Shown here piece after piece: positions 19,801 to 32,193 of a stretch of DNA of 64,000 nucleotides. Position numbers and translations under genes: made by a program. This DNA comes from Candidatus Sulfomarinibacteraceae bacterium (lineage in GTDB: Bacteria; Acidobacteriota; Thermoanaerobaculia; Thermoanaerobaculales; Sulfomarinibacteraceae). The DNA is taken from positions 1 through 64,000 of the forward strand of contig CAWCLO010000006.1 in NCBI GenBank assembly GCA_963796455.1. The letters are read 5' to 3'. Every line of letters begins with the position of its first letter. Positions within the stretch are counted from its first letter, which is position 1. Under the pieces are notes generated by a model. The model saw nothing but the letters and a program-made list of their open reading frames with translations. It was not told the DNA's origin and searched no databases.

Positions 19801-22800
19801 CTACTGCGACACCGCGCTCCACTGTGTGAGATCGCCCGACTCGTATCCGTCCGCGAAGATGCTGATGGGCACGCCCACGACAAATGAACCCTCGGCTGCC
19901 TCCCCGCCGTTGTAGGCACTGTCCACGGCCCGCAAGGTCCACGTGTAGAGACCGTCGGGCAGCCCGGCCAATCTCCACTCAGCGACAGCGCTCAAGCTAC
20001 CGGGTTCCGGAAGCGTGCCCGCGGTCGAAATCGAGGAGCCGTCGCGATAGAGGCGGAGATCGTAGGTCAGCGCGTCTTCGGGCGTGAGGTCGTCGATCGC
20101 CGGGTTCCACCAGAACACGACAGTGCCGTCGTCTTCATCGACCTGGGCGTTCAGGAACGACGGGGCAGAGGGCGGATCGGTTTTGACCTTGGGCATCGTT
20201 CCGATAGAGGTGCATCTGCGCCTCCACGAGGCCGTTGCCGCCCGGCACGAAGTACTGCCCAGCGATAAAGTAGTCGAGGTCGCCGTCCCCGTCGATATCC
20301 AGCCAGGTGAACGAGCCCCCTCGAGAACCGGAGGCCCGAGGGGCGGGCAGTTGGTTGCCCGAGTCGGAAAACACGCCGTCATCGTTGGTGTAGATTTTGG
20401 CGCGACCCTCGATCTGGGACCCGGAGTTGTAGGTGCCGGCGAGCAGGATGTCCATGTCGCCGTCGGAGTCGTAGTCGGCCCAGGTGGCGGCGGTCAGGTC
20501 GAACCAGCCGTTGCAGGCGGGGCATTCGATCACCTCGAACGGTACGTAGGTATCGACGTCGTTCCTGTAGATCCGGAGGACTGTGTTGTACGATCCATCG
20601 ATCTCCCGGATGTGGCCGGCCACCAGGATATCGAGGTCGCCGTCGGCGTCGTAGTCCCCCCACTGCGCTTCTCCGTGCTCGATGGTGAGGGTGCCGAGAA
20701 TGTCCTCTCCGATGAAAACTCCACCCCCGTCGTTTCGGTAGCGGCGGATGAAGCCATCGTCGGTGAGCGGCGCGAGGTGGACCAGCAGCAGGTCTAGGTC
20801 CTGATCGAGGTCGTCATCGGCCCAGATGCTCTGGGCGTGGCGGGTCGACGCGAGGATCGCCGCGATCTCGGTGAAGGTCCACCCGCCGGTGCCGTTGGCA
20901 CCGTCGTTTTGCATCAACGCGGTGCGGTACTCGAACGTGTCATCGTCCCAGACCGACGGCAACAAGAGATCGACATCACCGTCGTTGTCGTAGTCCACCC
21001 AGGTGATGGAACGCAAATCGAAATCGGCCTGGTCATTGTCCTCCCAGTACGCGGGCAACACGGTGTCGCTCTGCACCAACGTGCCGGCGTCGTTGCGGTA
21101 GATCACCGTCTGGCCGTTCGTACCGACCGCGAGGTCCTGGTCTCCGTCGCCGTCAACGTCTCCCCAGGCGAGGTCCGACGCCCCCGAACTCAGCGTTCCC
21201 AGCGACACGTCCACATAGGCGAATTCCCACTCCGCCGGGCCTGCCGGGCCGTCGTTCCGGAGCAGGACGAGGCGCTCGTCCACACTCGTGTTGTAAACGA
21301 CGTAGTAGCCCAGGACCGCGATGTCGAGATCGCCGTCGCCGTCGTAGTCGGCGGGCGCGGTGGTGGTCACCCAGAAATCCTCGTCTTGAGGCGTCACGAA
21401 GAGCGGATCGAGCGGGGTCACCTCGGTGAATTCGCCAAAGGTGCCACCCGGTCCGGGCTGGACCACGACGAACTGGAGGGCGCCGCCGATGTCTCCATCG
21501 TCATCGGTCACGGTCAGGCGCACGTGGAACGTGCCGGCACCCTGGAAGACATGGGTGGGGTCCTGCTCGGTCGACGTCATGCCGTCGCCGAAGTCCCAGA
21601 GCCAACTGATGATGGTGCCGTCGGGATCGATGCTCGTGTCGGTGAAGGCCACCGCGAGCCCGGTGGTCAAAAAGTGGTATGACGCGACCGGCGGCTGATT
21701 CAACGGCGGTGGCGGCGGTCCCGCGAAGTGCTCGATGGAGCCCTGGAAGCCGGCCGTCCAAGCGTCCCCTTCCGGCGTGGCGGCGATGGCCGAGAAATTG
21801 CCGAAGCCCGTCGAGCCGATTTCCATAACAGCCCAATTCTGACCGCCCGTGGCCGAGTAGTAGGCCACCCCAGCGTTGGTGCTGACCCACAGTTCGTTGG
21901 GACCGAGCAGGTAGATGTCGGTGAGCTGGTCGCTACCGTTGGGAGTGGGCAGAACCTGCCAGGTCGCGCCCCCGTCGTCGCTGCGGACCGCGTAACCCCA
22001 CCAACCTACGGCGTAGCCGATACTTGGGTCGAAGAAATCCATGTCCTGAATCTGGAGCGGAGAGCCGGGAAGGTCTCCCTGCGTCCACGTCGCGCCACCG
22101 TCAGTGCTGCGGTAGAAACGCCCGCTGACGTTTGCCGCCCAGCCACTCTGACCTTCGAAATCCACGGCGACGTAGGCCCCCGAAAATCCGGGGACGGACG
22201 TCCACGTGGTGCCGCCGTCCGTCGTGTGAAACACCGCGGCGCCGTTGAAACCGAAACCGGTCACCCACCCGTCGAGCAGGGTGGTGAAGTGAAGGTCCTC
22301 GGCTTCGAGACCCACCGGCGTCGCCACCGCCGCCGTCCACGTGGCGCCGCCATCGGCGCTACTGTACACGTGGGCGTTCTCGTCCACAGCGACAACTTCC
22401 TGCGGACCGATGACCTGTACCGCCTGGACGTGCGACGTCGAAAACGGCTGGTGAAGAGTCCACGGCATCGTACCCGTGCTTGTCAGGATGGTGCCGTTCT
22501 CGCCGACGGCGATCAGGTTGCCGTCACCGAAAATGTCCATGTCGTTGAGGGACTCGCCGGTACCGCTCGAGATCTGCGTCCAGCTCGCGCCACCGTCTAC
22601 CGTCTTGATGACGAAACCGGCGCCGTAGCCAAAATAGCCCGTCAGCGGATCTGCGAAGGCGGGCGCGGTGCTGCCCAGAAAGCTGGGCTGGAAACCTCGC
22701 GAGGCGAAAGCCTGCACCCACGTCTGCCCCGCGTCCGGGGAGTGGTACATGTTGCCAGCACCGTCGGAGGCAACCACGGTCTGGGCGTCCGGCACAGCAA

Positions 22801-23710
22801 AGGCGAAAGGTGCGGCGAAGGCGCCCGGATCGATCACCTCGCCGAGATCGGTCCATGTCTGGCCAGCGTCCGAGGACCGGAAGATACGGTCGTCGTAGTC
22901 CGGGTAGGCGCCGGCCCGGCCCCACGCCAGAACGACGTCGGCCGAGACAACAACGAGACGGCTTCGACCTTCGGCCGAGGGTCCGGCGGACCAGGTGATG
23001 CCCCCGTCGGTCGAGCGCACGAATGCACCGTCCACGATGCCCACCGCGACAGACGCCGAGAGGAAGGCGACGGCGGCCGCGTCGCCGGCGTAGACCTGAG
23101 TCAACGTGGCGCCGCCGTCGACGGTGAGATACAGTCCGGTGTCCGACACGCCCAGCCCGATCACGTCATCCGCGAAGTCAAAGGCGAAGATGTTGTTCGG
23201 GGAAGGTTCCCACGCCAAACCGCCGTCGCGACTGATGAAGTGGTCGGGGTTGCTCGAGGCCAGGCCAAAGCTCGTCGTGTAGAACTCCATGAAATACGTC
23301 GAGCCAAGGAGGGGCAACTCGGTCCACGTGGTCCCACCGTCGGTCGTGCGGTAGTTGGCGTTGCCCCAGGTCCAACCGTTCTGGTCGTCGAGAAAGAAGA
23401 TCCCATTCAGCGGAGAGCCCAGGCTGAAGGGGACATCTCGTTGGACCCAGGTGGCCCCGCCGTCGGTCGAATCGAAAAGAGCACCCCCGTCGTCGAACGA
23501 GTCATCGTCGGTGGCGATGAAGACTCGCTGAGCCGTCGGCGCACCGACGCCCCGGATGTCCAGGTAGGTCGGCAGGGGACTCTGCGTATCCCACTGCGCG
23601 GCGGCCGGAATCGCCAGCAGGAGCATGGGGACACACAAGACTCGCCCGAGTCGTTGCGCCGTGTGACGCTTCTCGCGTTTGACCTTGGGTTCTTTTCGAG
23701 CAGCATTCAT
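19801..23710 (-). CDS. large secreted protein: YCF48/BNR propellers, PKD, FG-GAP/VCBS, FN3-like, FADGYESG tail (frameshift near 20190)
   Basis: S/TxDGGxTW repeats; WDFGDG PKD; DYDxDGDLD repeats; ORF 19801..20382 supplies the tail IFADGYESGDLTQWS. Confidence 0.85.
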
Positions 23711-24147
23711 ACGTCAGATTCCTCTCTTTTGTTGAGCGGCCCTCGCATCGGTCCAAGCGTTCGATGAGTAGGCGACGAGTCGCAGCTTCCAGTCGGAGCC
23801 TCGTTCGCCTCGACCACAGCCGACGATGCAAGTAGTGCTGGAGTACTTGAGCAGGTCCATTACTTGACAGTGTGGTCAATCATGCAACCGAGACGGGTTT
23901 GCGCAAATTTCTCCGAATATTCTCAATCAGCGCTCGTGAATTCGTCGGCACCAAAAGGGGTCTCCCCCCAGTCGTGCCCATTTCCGACGACCTTCATGAT
24001 CCTGTCCACTCATCACCTCCGGGATCTCTGTTGATCTGCTGGCTGCCGGGGAATCAAGCTGAAGCCCGGTTGTGTTAGATGAAACTGTGGTGCCGATTCG
24101 GCTCTGGGCGGCCCGGCGGCTGAGCCGATCGCCACGAAAGGACCCCA

Positions 24148-24753
24148 TTGCAGGACAACCACTGGAGCGAATCGAGGGCGCTGGACCGGCGTCTGGTGAA
24201 CGCGTGCCTCCGCGGCGACGAGGAGGCGTGGGTGGCGGTGTGGCAAAAATACGGGCCGCTCGTCAAATCTGTCTCTCGCCGCGTCGGTTGCGACTCCGAA
24301 GAGGCACGGGACGTGGTCCAGCGAGTGGCCCTGGTCGCCCTGCAGAATCTGGGCTCGCTGAAGAACCCGGAGAAGTTGGGTGGCTGGCTCGCCGGAGTGG
24401 CCCGCCTGCAGTCCCTCGAGGCGATCCGCAATCGCCGGCCCACCGCCAGCATCGATGGCCTCCAGCCGACGACCGAGACCCGGCTGGATGAGGAGCTGAT
24501 CCGCGATCAGGAGCTGGCTCTTCTGCATCGTGCATTCGGTCGGCTCGAAGACCGATGCCGTCGGATCCTCCACCGTCTCGAACTCAAGGAACCCGCAGAC
24601 ACCTACCGCGACGTGGCGGCAGCAGAGGGGCTGTCGGAATCCTCCATCGGGCCGATCAGGCGCCGCTGCATGCAGCGACTGCGGAAAATCGTCGAACAAC
24701 TGTCTCGAACGTCCCCCTCCGCGCACAGTTCAGACGAGAGGTCGCGATCATGA
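24148..24753 (+). CDS. ECF sigma-70 factor
   Basis: LVNACLRGDEEAW, EARDVVQ, GWLAGVAR, YRDVAAAEGLSESSIGPIRRRC. Confidence 0.85.
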   Translation: MQDNHWSESRALDRRLVNACLRGDEEAWVAVWQKYGPLVKSVSRRVGCDSEEARDVVQRVALVALQNLGSLKNPEKLGGWLAGVARLQSLEAIRNRRPTASIDGLQPTTETRLDEELIRDQELALLHRAFGRLEDRCRRILHRLELKEPADTYRDVAAAEGLSESSIGPIRRRCMQRLRKIVEQLSRTSPSAHSSDERSRS

Positions 24754-25343
24754 ACCACTTGAGCGCATCACAGGTCATTGACCTGATCGGCGGTGAGGAT
24801 ATCGCGGGGGCCGCCGAACATCTGAAAAGCTGTCGGCGCTGTCTCAATCTCCACCGGACCTGGATCCGGCGAATGGAGGCACTCAGGGATCTGCACCGGG
24901 AGAACCTCGATGAGGCAGAGATCCACAGTCTTCGTGCGATGTACCGCCACCTCGGTCCGAAACCGTCGTTGGGGACTCGCTGGACAGCGACCCTTGTCCG
25001 TGCTTCGGACGGGCAACTGGCGGCGGTACGCGGCACCGCTTCCGGTACGATCCTCGAGTTCTCGGCCGGACCCTACGATGTTCTGTTCCGCGTCGGGACA
25101 CCGGACCGCCGATCGACGGTTGCCGTGTACGGCCAGCTCACCGGAGGGGAAGGTGCCGGCGATCTGGCGGGGAGGGCGTCATTTACAGCCGGCGACGGAA
25201 GCACCTTCATCTGCGATGTGGATCGGTTTGGGGAGTTTTTCCTGCCCGACGGGACGGCGGGACGATACCGCGTCCAGCTCTGGATCAACGGGGGGATCGT
25301 GGAGATCGAAGAGCTCGAGATCGGAATCGATGAAAATCAGTGA
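24750..25343 (+). CDS. putative zinc-finger anti-sigma factor with C-terminal beta domain
   Basis: MNHL...EHLKSCRRC (HxxxCxxC); ATGA overlap with the sigma factor; no TM helix evident. Confidence 0.65.
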   Translation: MNHLSASQVIDLIGGEDIAGAAEHLKSCRRCLNLHRTWIRRMEALRDLHRENLDEAEIHSLRAMYRHLGPKPSLGTRWTATLVRASDGQLAAVRGTASGTILEFSAGPYDVLFRVGTPDRRSTVAVYGQLTGGEGAGDLAGRASFTAGDGSTFICDVDRFGEFFLPDGTAGRYRVQLWINGGIVEIEELEIGIDENQ

Positions 25344-28059
25344 CCACGAGTCAGTCCTCCCCAAAGAGGTGCGTCGGTTGCTCGCTTCGGGAGACCAGGA
25401 GGCTGCCGGGGAGAAGATCCGTGAGCATGCTGAACGGACTTCCCGGACGTCTCCTGGACAGGGTCGCCGCTGGTCGCGGAGGATCGCTTCAGCTGATTTC
25501 GAACAAACCCTGTTCGGCGCCTACGTTGGTTGGGCGGTGGGAGCGGTCCACCACCTGACCGGTGATCCGATCCTGGCGGAACAGCAACTCGAGGGCGCCG
25601 CGAGGGCGATGGCACGGGCCGGTCGGCCGGACCTCGCCGATCGAGTCTCCTTGACGCTCTTGGACGTCTACGGGGAGCAGCTCAAGCTGCACCGCGCCCG
25701 GGCGACGGCGCGGCGCCTGGAGCGTCGATTCGTCGAGCGGGGCGATGACGAACGGGGCGCCGTCGCACTGGCGAATCTCGCCTGCGCCGAGGATGCCGCG
25801 GATCACGTTGACCGGGCGCGAGCACTGTGGAAAACGGCGCTGCGCCGGTTGACGCCGGGCGGCCTTCGTCATCTCCTCGCGCGTGCGAATCTGGCCAACT
25901 CCGCCGCATTGATGGGACGCTTCGACGAGGCCATTCGGGAGCATGGGGCGGTGGCGGATGCGGCGGGCGCCCTCGGCTTCGAGGCCCTGGCTCTGCAGGC
26001 CAATTTGAATCTCGCCGAAGCAGAGTTCGCGATCGGTCACGTCGAAACGGCTCTCAGCCGATGGCAGGATGTCCTCGCGACCGCCCGACGGATGGGTGAC
26101 GGGTATACGGAATTGGTGGCCGGGGTGGATCTCGCGGCCGCGGAGGCCGATCTCGGCGATTTTGACAGCGCCGAACGGCGCCTGGAAGCGGCGGTACCGC
26201 GCGCCAGAAACGCAGGCCTGCGGCGCGAGGAGGTCCGTATCGTCCGTCAGCTGGCTGTGCTCCGTACCGCCCGCGGCAGACGGGGCGAACGGCGGCTGGC
26301 GCTGCGGCAGCTCCGCGGTTCCGGGCTTGGGGTGCAGCGCGATCTGCTGACGGTGGACCTGCTGCAGATCGACCCGGAATGCGACCCCGCGGAGGCGACC
26401 CGAGCGGCGCGGCGACTTCGTGCGGCCGGGATGCGTCACCGCGGCGCGGTGGGCCTCGCGTGGGTCGCCAAGAGATACCAGGAGCGAGGCGACCGATCCA
26501 GAGCCGCCCGGCTCGCCCGGGAGGCGCTTGCCAACGCGGCCGGCTCGGCCTGGGTGGGAATGGTGGCCCACCAGGTGCTCGGCAGGAACGGTGGCGCCGA
26601 GGCCACCCGGCACCTCTTCCGCGCGGTGCACCGAGCTGACCAGCTTTATGGCCGGTTGGCCGCGCCCGCAGATCGCACTGCGTTTCTCGAACTCCGCGGT
26701 GACGTGTACCTCGATCTGGTGTCGGCGCTGCTCGAGCGCAACCGACCACGGGATCGACGGCGAGCTCTCGACGTGTTGTCCCAGTTTCGATCGGGCTGGT
26801 TGGTGGAAGAACTGGCTCGGCGCGCCGATCGGGGGAACGACCCGGAGGTATTGAAGTGGCAGGAGCTGCGACGACGGCTCGCGGCCCTCCTGGACCAGGC
26901 GGAGGGTGAGGACGAGCCCCGGGTGCGACGGCTCAGGACGACAATCCATCGCGAGCTGCGGCAGGTGGAGGGGCAGCTCCGCGACAGCGAGCTGACCCTG
27001 GCCCGCCGCCGGCCCGGGTTACTGCCAGCAGCACCTGGGGAGTCGGTGGCGAAGCTGCTGATGGATCGTCTGCCGGATGGACATGTCTATGTCGAGTATT
27101 TCCTGGACTCGCGCGACCTGTTGACCTTCGTCGCGAGGCGGAACCGTCTGCGCGTCCACAGAACGCCGGTAGCGGCGGAGATCCGACAGCTGGTGGCATC
27201 GGTGCGGTTTCACATGGATACCAACACCTGGCGTAGCGGAGGATCATCGGCGGCGTCGGCCGAGGTCCTTCGCGAGCGCATCGGGATGCTCGGCGAGAGG
27301 CTGCTGGGATATCTTCCCACCGACAGCTGGCGGGCCCTGTGGGTGGCACCGCACGCCGAGATCTTCCACATTCCGTGGGCGGCGCTCGAATGGCCCGACG
27401 GGGAAGCACTGGTGGACCGAGGGTCGTTCTCGCTCGTCCCGGGTGCCGGAGTCGCCGCTTCGCTTCTCCGCGATGTTCCCCGCCGGCCGATGCGATTCGG
27501 CCTGTGTGGCGCCGGCGACGACGATCTGCCACTGGTGTCTCAGGAGCTGGACGCGATCTCCGGCATCGGTACGACGTCCTCGGTCGTCGAGACCGCAACG
27601 CGTTTGGATTTCCTCGACATGCTCGCGTCGCACGACATGGTCCACCTCGCCGGTCACGCAGCCTTTCTTGACGGGATTCCCTCGGCTTCCGGCCTTCGAC
27701 TCGCAGATGGCTACGTCACGGTGCACGATCTCGCGGCGAGCAGGATCCAGGCGCAGCTGGTTAGCTTCGGAGTCTGTTCCGGCGCCCGAATGGCAGACCA
27801 TGCCGACCTACAGTACGAGGGTTTCCTGAGGGCCCTGCTATCGGGGGGGGTGCGGACCGTGGTCGGGGCCATCTCTCCGGTGAGAGACGAGGTAGCGTTT
27901 GACTTCGACCTCGAGTTTTTCCGCAGGCTCAATGCGACGGACGCCCCGGGGGAGGCGTACCGCGGAGCAGTCGTGAAGCTGCGCCGCAGTGATCCCCACC
28001 CCGCAACCTGGGGGAACTTCCATCTCTACGGAGACCAGCGAACCTGGAGGACCGCATGA
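25330..28059 (+). CDS. TPR + CHAT (caspase-like) domain protein
   Basis: Helical TPR region; LWVAPHAEIFHIPWAAL, VHLAGHA, VSFGVCSG, HPATWGNF. Confidence 0.85.
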   Translation: MKISDHESVLPKEVRRLLASGDQEAAGEKIREHAERTSRTSPGQGRRWSRRIASADFEQTLFGAYVGWAVGAVHHLTGDPILAEQQLEGAARAMARAGRPDLADRVSLTLLDVYGEQLKLHRARATARRLERRFVERGDDERGAVALANLACAEDAADHVDRARALWKTALRRLTPGGLRHLLARANLANSAALMGRFDEAIREHGAVADAAGALGFEALALQANLNLAEAEFAIGHVETALSRWQDVLATARRMGDGYTELVAGVDLAAAEADLGDFDSAERRLEAAVPRARNAGLRREEVRIVRQLAVLRTARGRRGERRLALRQLRGSGLGVQRDLLTVDLLQIDPECDPAEATRAARRLRAAGMRHRGAVGLAWVAKRYQERGDRSRAARLAREALANAAGSAWVGMVAHQVLGRNGGAEATRHLFRAVHRADQLYGRLAAPADRTAFLELRGDVYLDLVSALLERNRPRDRRRALDVLSQFRSGWLVEELARRADRGNDPEVLKWQELRRRLAALLDQAEGEDEPRVRRLRTTIHRELRQVEGQLRDSELTLARRRPGLLPAAPGESVAKLLMDRLPDGHVYVEYFLDSRDLLTFVARRNRLRVHRTPVAAEIRQLVASVRFHMDTNTWRSGGSSAASAEVLRERIGMLGERLLGYLPTDSWRALWVAPHAEIFHIPWAALEWPDGEALVDRGSFSLVPGAGVAASLLRDVPRRPMRFGLCGAGDDDLPLVSQELDAISGIGTTSSVVETATRLDFLDMLASHDMVHLAGHAAFLDGIPSASGLRLADGYVTVHDLAASRIQAQLVSFGVCSGARMADHADLQYEGFLRALLSGGVRTVVGAISPVRDEVAFDFDLEFFRRLNATDAPGEAYRGAVVKLRRSDPHPATWGNFHLYGDQRTWRTA

Positions 28060-30544
28060 TCAGACCACTGAATCGGGCCACCTTGGCAATTCTCGCGCTC
28101 ATTCTGACGGCGACGGCGACGTCGGCCGATGCCGGAGAGGCGGCACGAGTGGCAGCGGACAAGAGTATTTCGGTGGTGGTGACCGGCCGGGTGAGCTGGG
28201 TCGAGCCCCCTCTGCGTCTCGGCCTCGACGGCGGCTGGACGGTGGAGCTGCCCGAAGCCGCATCCTGGGTCGACCAGGTGTCCGAGTTGGTGGCGGTCGG
28301 GGAGGCGCCCCTGCTGAAGGTGGTCGGGACACGCATCGCGGGCAATGAGCAACGTCTCATCCGCGCCGGAGGAGTCGCCGTTCTCTCCGAGCGGTCGCCT
28401 TCGTCGCGAGCTACGGCGGCCGGGATTCGCCATTCCGGTCACCGCACCGTATCCGGTCGCCGGCAGCTCGACACGAGAGAAGGCGCCAGCGATCCTCTGG
28501 GCATTTTCGATGGCGAATCCGAGGTCCGCGGCGTCATCGTGGAGTTCTCCGCGGCCGGTTTTCGGCTGGATGCGGAAGGCTCGACCTTTGACGTCGTGAT
28601 CACCGAGGATACCGAGTTCGACGGATTTCTCGACCTGTCCGAGCTCGATGTGGGCGACCACGTCGAGGTTCGAGGTGAAATCCAGGGCTCGACCATCATC
28701 GCGACCCGGGTGAAGCTCCGATCCGACGACGAAGAAACCACCCTCCGGGGGTTCATTCTCGCTCTCGGCACGGACAGTTTTCAGCTCGATGTGGACGGCT
28801 CGACCTTCGACATCGTCGTCACTGCCGGCACCGAGTTTGACGGGTTCGGCGAGTTGTCGGAGCTGACGATCGGCCAGGAGGTCGAGGCGAGAGGGACCCT
28901 GGTGGGAACGGTGTTGACGGCAACGAGGGTCAAGCTCCGAGACGGGGGAAGCGGCGGCGTCGATTTCGAGTACGAGGGTCTGCTGACGGACCTCCTTCCT
29001 CCGGATCGGTTCCTGATGGACGACGGTCGGATCTACACCGTGGACCTGAACACGGTGTTCGATCCCCTGATCGGCGCGTACGGGGGTCTTGTCGCAGGTC
29101 AGTTCCTCGAGGTCGAAGCCCTTCGGGGCCCCTCGGGATCGAATCTGGTGGTGGAGATCAAGCTTGAAGGCGACGAGCAGAACGGTCAGGGCTATCGCGA
29201 ACTGGAGGGCGTGATCCTGACGATCAGTCCCACCGAGATCGTGCTCGAGAGCGGGGTTGTCGTTGCCGTCAATCCAGGGACAGTGTTTGTCGGTGACGCC
29301 GATTCTCTTCAGGACGTATTGCCCGGATGGTGGGCTGAAATCCATGCGCTGCTCGACCTGGCGGGAGTGTTCAACGCCCTCGAGGTACGCACCGACGATC
29401 GTGAGCCTGCGACAACCGCTGATCAGGACTTCGAACCCCAACAGGCGCTGCTCGTGCCGACGCCCGGCGCCAACGCCGACGACATCGCCGCACGGTTTGG
29501 CGCTCAGGTCGTCGGTCGGGTGGGCGGTCTCGGAGCTCTGCTGTGGTTTTCCAACCCGCTGAGCGATGACCTACTGGCCGCCCTCAATGCCGATCCCGAG
29601 GTGGCGGCGGTCGAACCCAACTACCTGTTCCAGGACCCCGAGTCGGTGCGCCGACGGTACGTCACAATCGACCGCCACCCGACGACGGAGAAGCTCGTGG
29701 ACCAGCTGGCTGGGGCCCAAATCAACCTGCACCAGGCCCATCAGCTCGCGACCGGAGAAGGAATGGTGGTTGCGGTGATCGACACCGGAGTGGACCCGCT
29801 CCACCCGGTGCTGCGGCGGCTGCTGTTGACCGGAGGCCTCGACCTCGTCGACGGAGACCTGTCGCCGTGGGAGGAGCGCGACCACGTGGATGGTGACGGG
29901 GACGGGGATGTCGACGAGGCAGCCGGACACGGGACCTTCGTGGCGTCGCTGGTGGCCGTCACGGCGCCCGGGGCGTCGATCCTCCCGTATCGGGTGCTCG
30001 ACGACGAGGGAAGGGGCACCGCGTACAACCTCGCGTTGGCTCTCGCCGACGCCATCGAGCGCCGGGTCGACGTGATCAACCTCTCGCTGGTTTATCGAGA
30101 ACGGTCCTCAGCGGTGGACCTTCTCCTCGAGCGGGCGGCAGCCCAGGGAATTGTGGTTATTGCCTCGGCGGGCAACGACGGCTCGACCACCGTCCCCTTC
30201 CCCGCCTCAGACAGCAACACTCTCGCAGTGGCCGCTCTCGACCAGAATGGCCTCGCCCTCGCGGCCTTCAGCAACCGGTCGCACCTGGTCGATTCGCGGC
30301 TCCCGGAGAGGAGGTCTTCGGGGCGCTGGACGAGCTGGCCTTCGGGACGTGGAGCGGGACCTCGATGGCGGCGCCCTTCGTGTCGGGAACGGTTGCCCTC
30401 CTGCTGAGCGCCGACCCTGGCCTCGACCCCCTGCTTGTGCGAAATGCCATCGAACAGGCCGGGGTTGTGTTGGAGGACGCCGGCTGGACCGGCAGAATGC
30501 TCGATGCGCTGGCGGCGGTGAGCCTGGTCAAGGACTCGCCGTAA
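28056..30544 (+). CDS. secreted S8 subtilase with N-terminal DUF5666-like OB repeats (frameshift near 30290)
   Basis: VAVIDTG, GHGTFVA, ASAGN, and SGTSMAAP in the shifted frame; repeated L-x-VG-x-x-VE-V/A-RG units. Confidence 0.85.
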
Positions 30545-30596
30545 TTCGACGGGGGACAACAAAAATATTGTGCCTACCCAGAGGACTGCGAATACG

Positions 30597-31849
30597 ATGA
30601 GAACGACAACATGCCGAATCAGGGTCGGAATCGTCTTTTGCGCGCTGCTCATCACCATGGCGGTGAGTGCTGACGCCCAGACTGCGGGTCGCGATCCTGT
30701 CCCTGGGGTGCCGCTGTCGGGTGGAACGCACCTACGTCGACGTCGATCACCCGGTGACCTCGAGCGGCGAGCTTCGGGTGTGGCGGGTGGCTTCGTCGCA
30801 AGGCGCCCGTGTGATGCTCAAGGTCTACCGCCCCGACGGTGACAGACTATTGCTGATTGGCACGTCCCCGTTGGAGACGGTTTCCGCCGGGACCGTGGCC
30901 GACATTCCAATGCAGGATTCCGGTGGCCCGCAACGACGTGATCGGTTGTTTCTGTCCGGACTCCAGCTGTGCCGACGCCCATTCGGACGGTCTGATTCTG
31001 GCGGCTGAGGGTGATCTGGGAACGAGTCCCGCGAGCGCCTTCACCAGCGGAACCGGCTCGCCTTCCATCTTTGCCTCGGGATTCCGACTGGCTGACGTGC
31101 CATCCAGCGCCAGTACCGATCTGGTGGTGCCAGTGGTGGGCCGGACAGCCGGCGTCGGCGGCACCGTCTGGAACACACGGCTCGAGCTCTTCAATACCGC
31201 TGACAGCGCCACCAGCGTCGCGTTCCACCTCAACCTGTCCGATCGCGACAACACCTCTCCGGCCGCCTCGGCTCAGGTGAGCGTCTCGCCGCGCGAGACA
31301 CTGGTCATCGAGGATCTGATTTCGGAGACGTTTGGATTGGAGGTGGCGGTGGGCTCGGTGGACATCGTCGCCTCGGCGCCGGTGATCGCCCATGCCAGGA
31401 TTGCCAACCTGGGCAGCGACACGGGCACGTACGGGCAGGCGGTTCCCGCGATCCCCGCGAGCTGGGCGGTGGGCGACGACGACCTCCCGGGTATCAATCC
31501 CAACGCCGATGTGGTGTACCTCTTCGAGGTCCAGGAAGACGCGGTGTTCCGGAGCAACCTTGGAATTTCGAGCATCGTCGCCACACCGTTGTCGCTGACC
31601 GTGGTCGCCAGGGTCGGCAACGACCCCATTGGATCGCCTCTCGATCTCGTGCTCGACCCCTTTTCGCACACCCAGGTCAACCGCGTGCTCGACGTGATGG
31701 GTGTTCCGGAAGGGACGGGTGGCGTGAGGCTGGAGGTGCAGGGCGCAGCCGGCACCGGGGGTCGGTTTTTCGCGTACCTTTCACGGGTCGACAACGACAG
31801 CGGGGACGCCGTTTTCCTGCTCGGCGCGCGCGAACAAGCCCTACCCTGA
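30597..31849 (+). CDS. secreted protein with lineage-typical C-terminal domain (frameshifted)
   Basis: Signal peptide; VVPVVGRTAGVGGTVWNTRLEL...GTYGQ...FRSNLG...SRVDNDSGDA. Confidence 0.7.
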
Positions 31850-31945
31850 ACTCGGATCCGGGCCGCGAAAAGGGGGACGGGAGGAAACTCCTCCCCACCA
31901 CCCGAATCTGAGAAGCCCATATTTCGGCGGTTGCCTAGCCCGCAT

Positions 31946-32105
31946 ATCTCACCGGGTTTCGTAACGAGGGCGGCGAGGTGCCGTGCCCAGTGGGGTTTTC
32001 GACCCGAGGGGCGCGGAGGCGTACTCGACAGTACGTCGAGCACCTCGAGGCGAGAAAACGCCGTTGGGTGCGGTGCATCGCCGGCCGGGAGAAACCCGGT
32101 GAGAT
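31946..32105. repeat. MITE-like intergenic palindromic element
   Basis: Perfect 15-bp IR ATCTCACCGGGTTTC / GAAACCCGGTGAGAT; central GGAGGCGTACTCGACAGTACGTCGAGC hairpin. Confidence 0.7.
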
Positions 32106-32193
32106 GGCTGACCCACGTCGCACTGATATTCGGTGGGCCCCGGTGATTTCGGAATTTTGAAACCCTGTCTCGATTTAAAGACTGCACACACTG

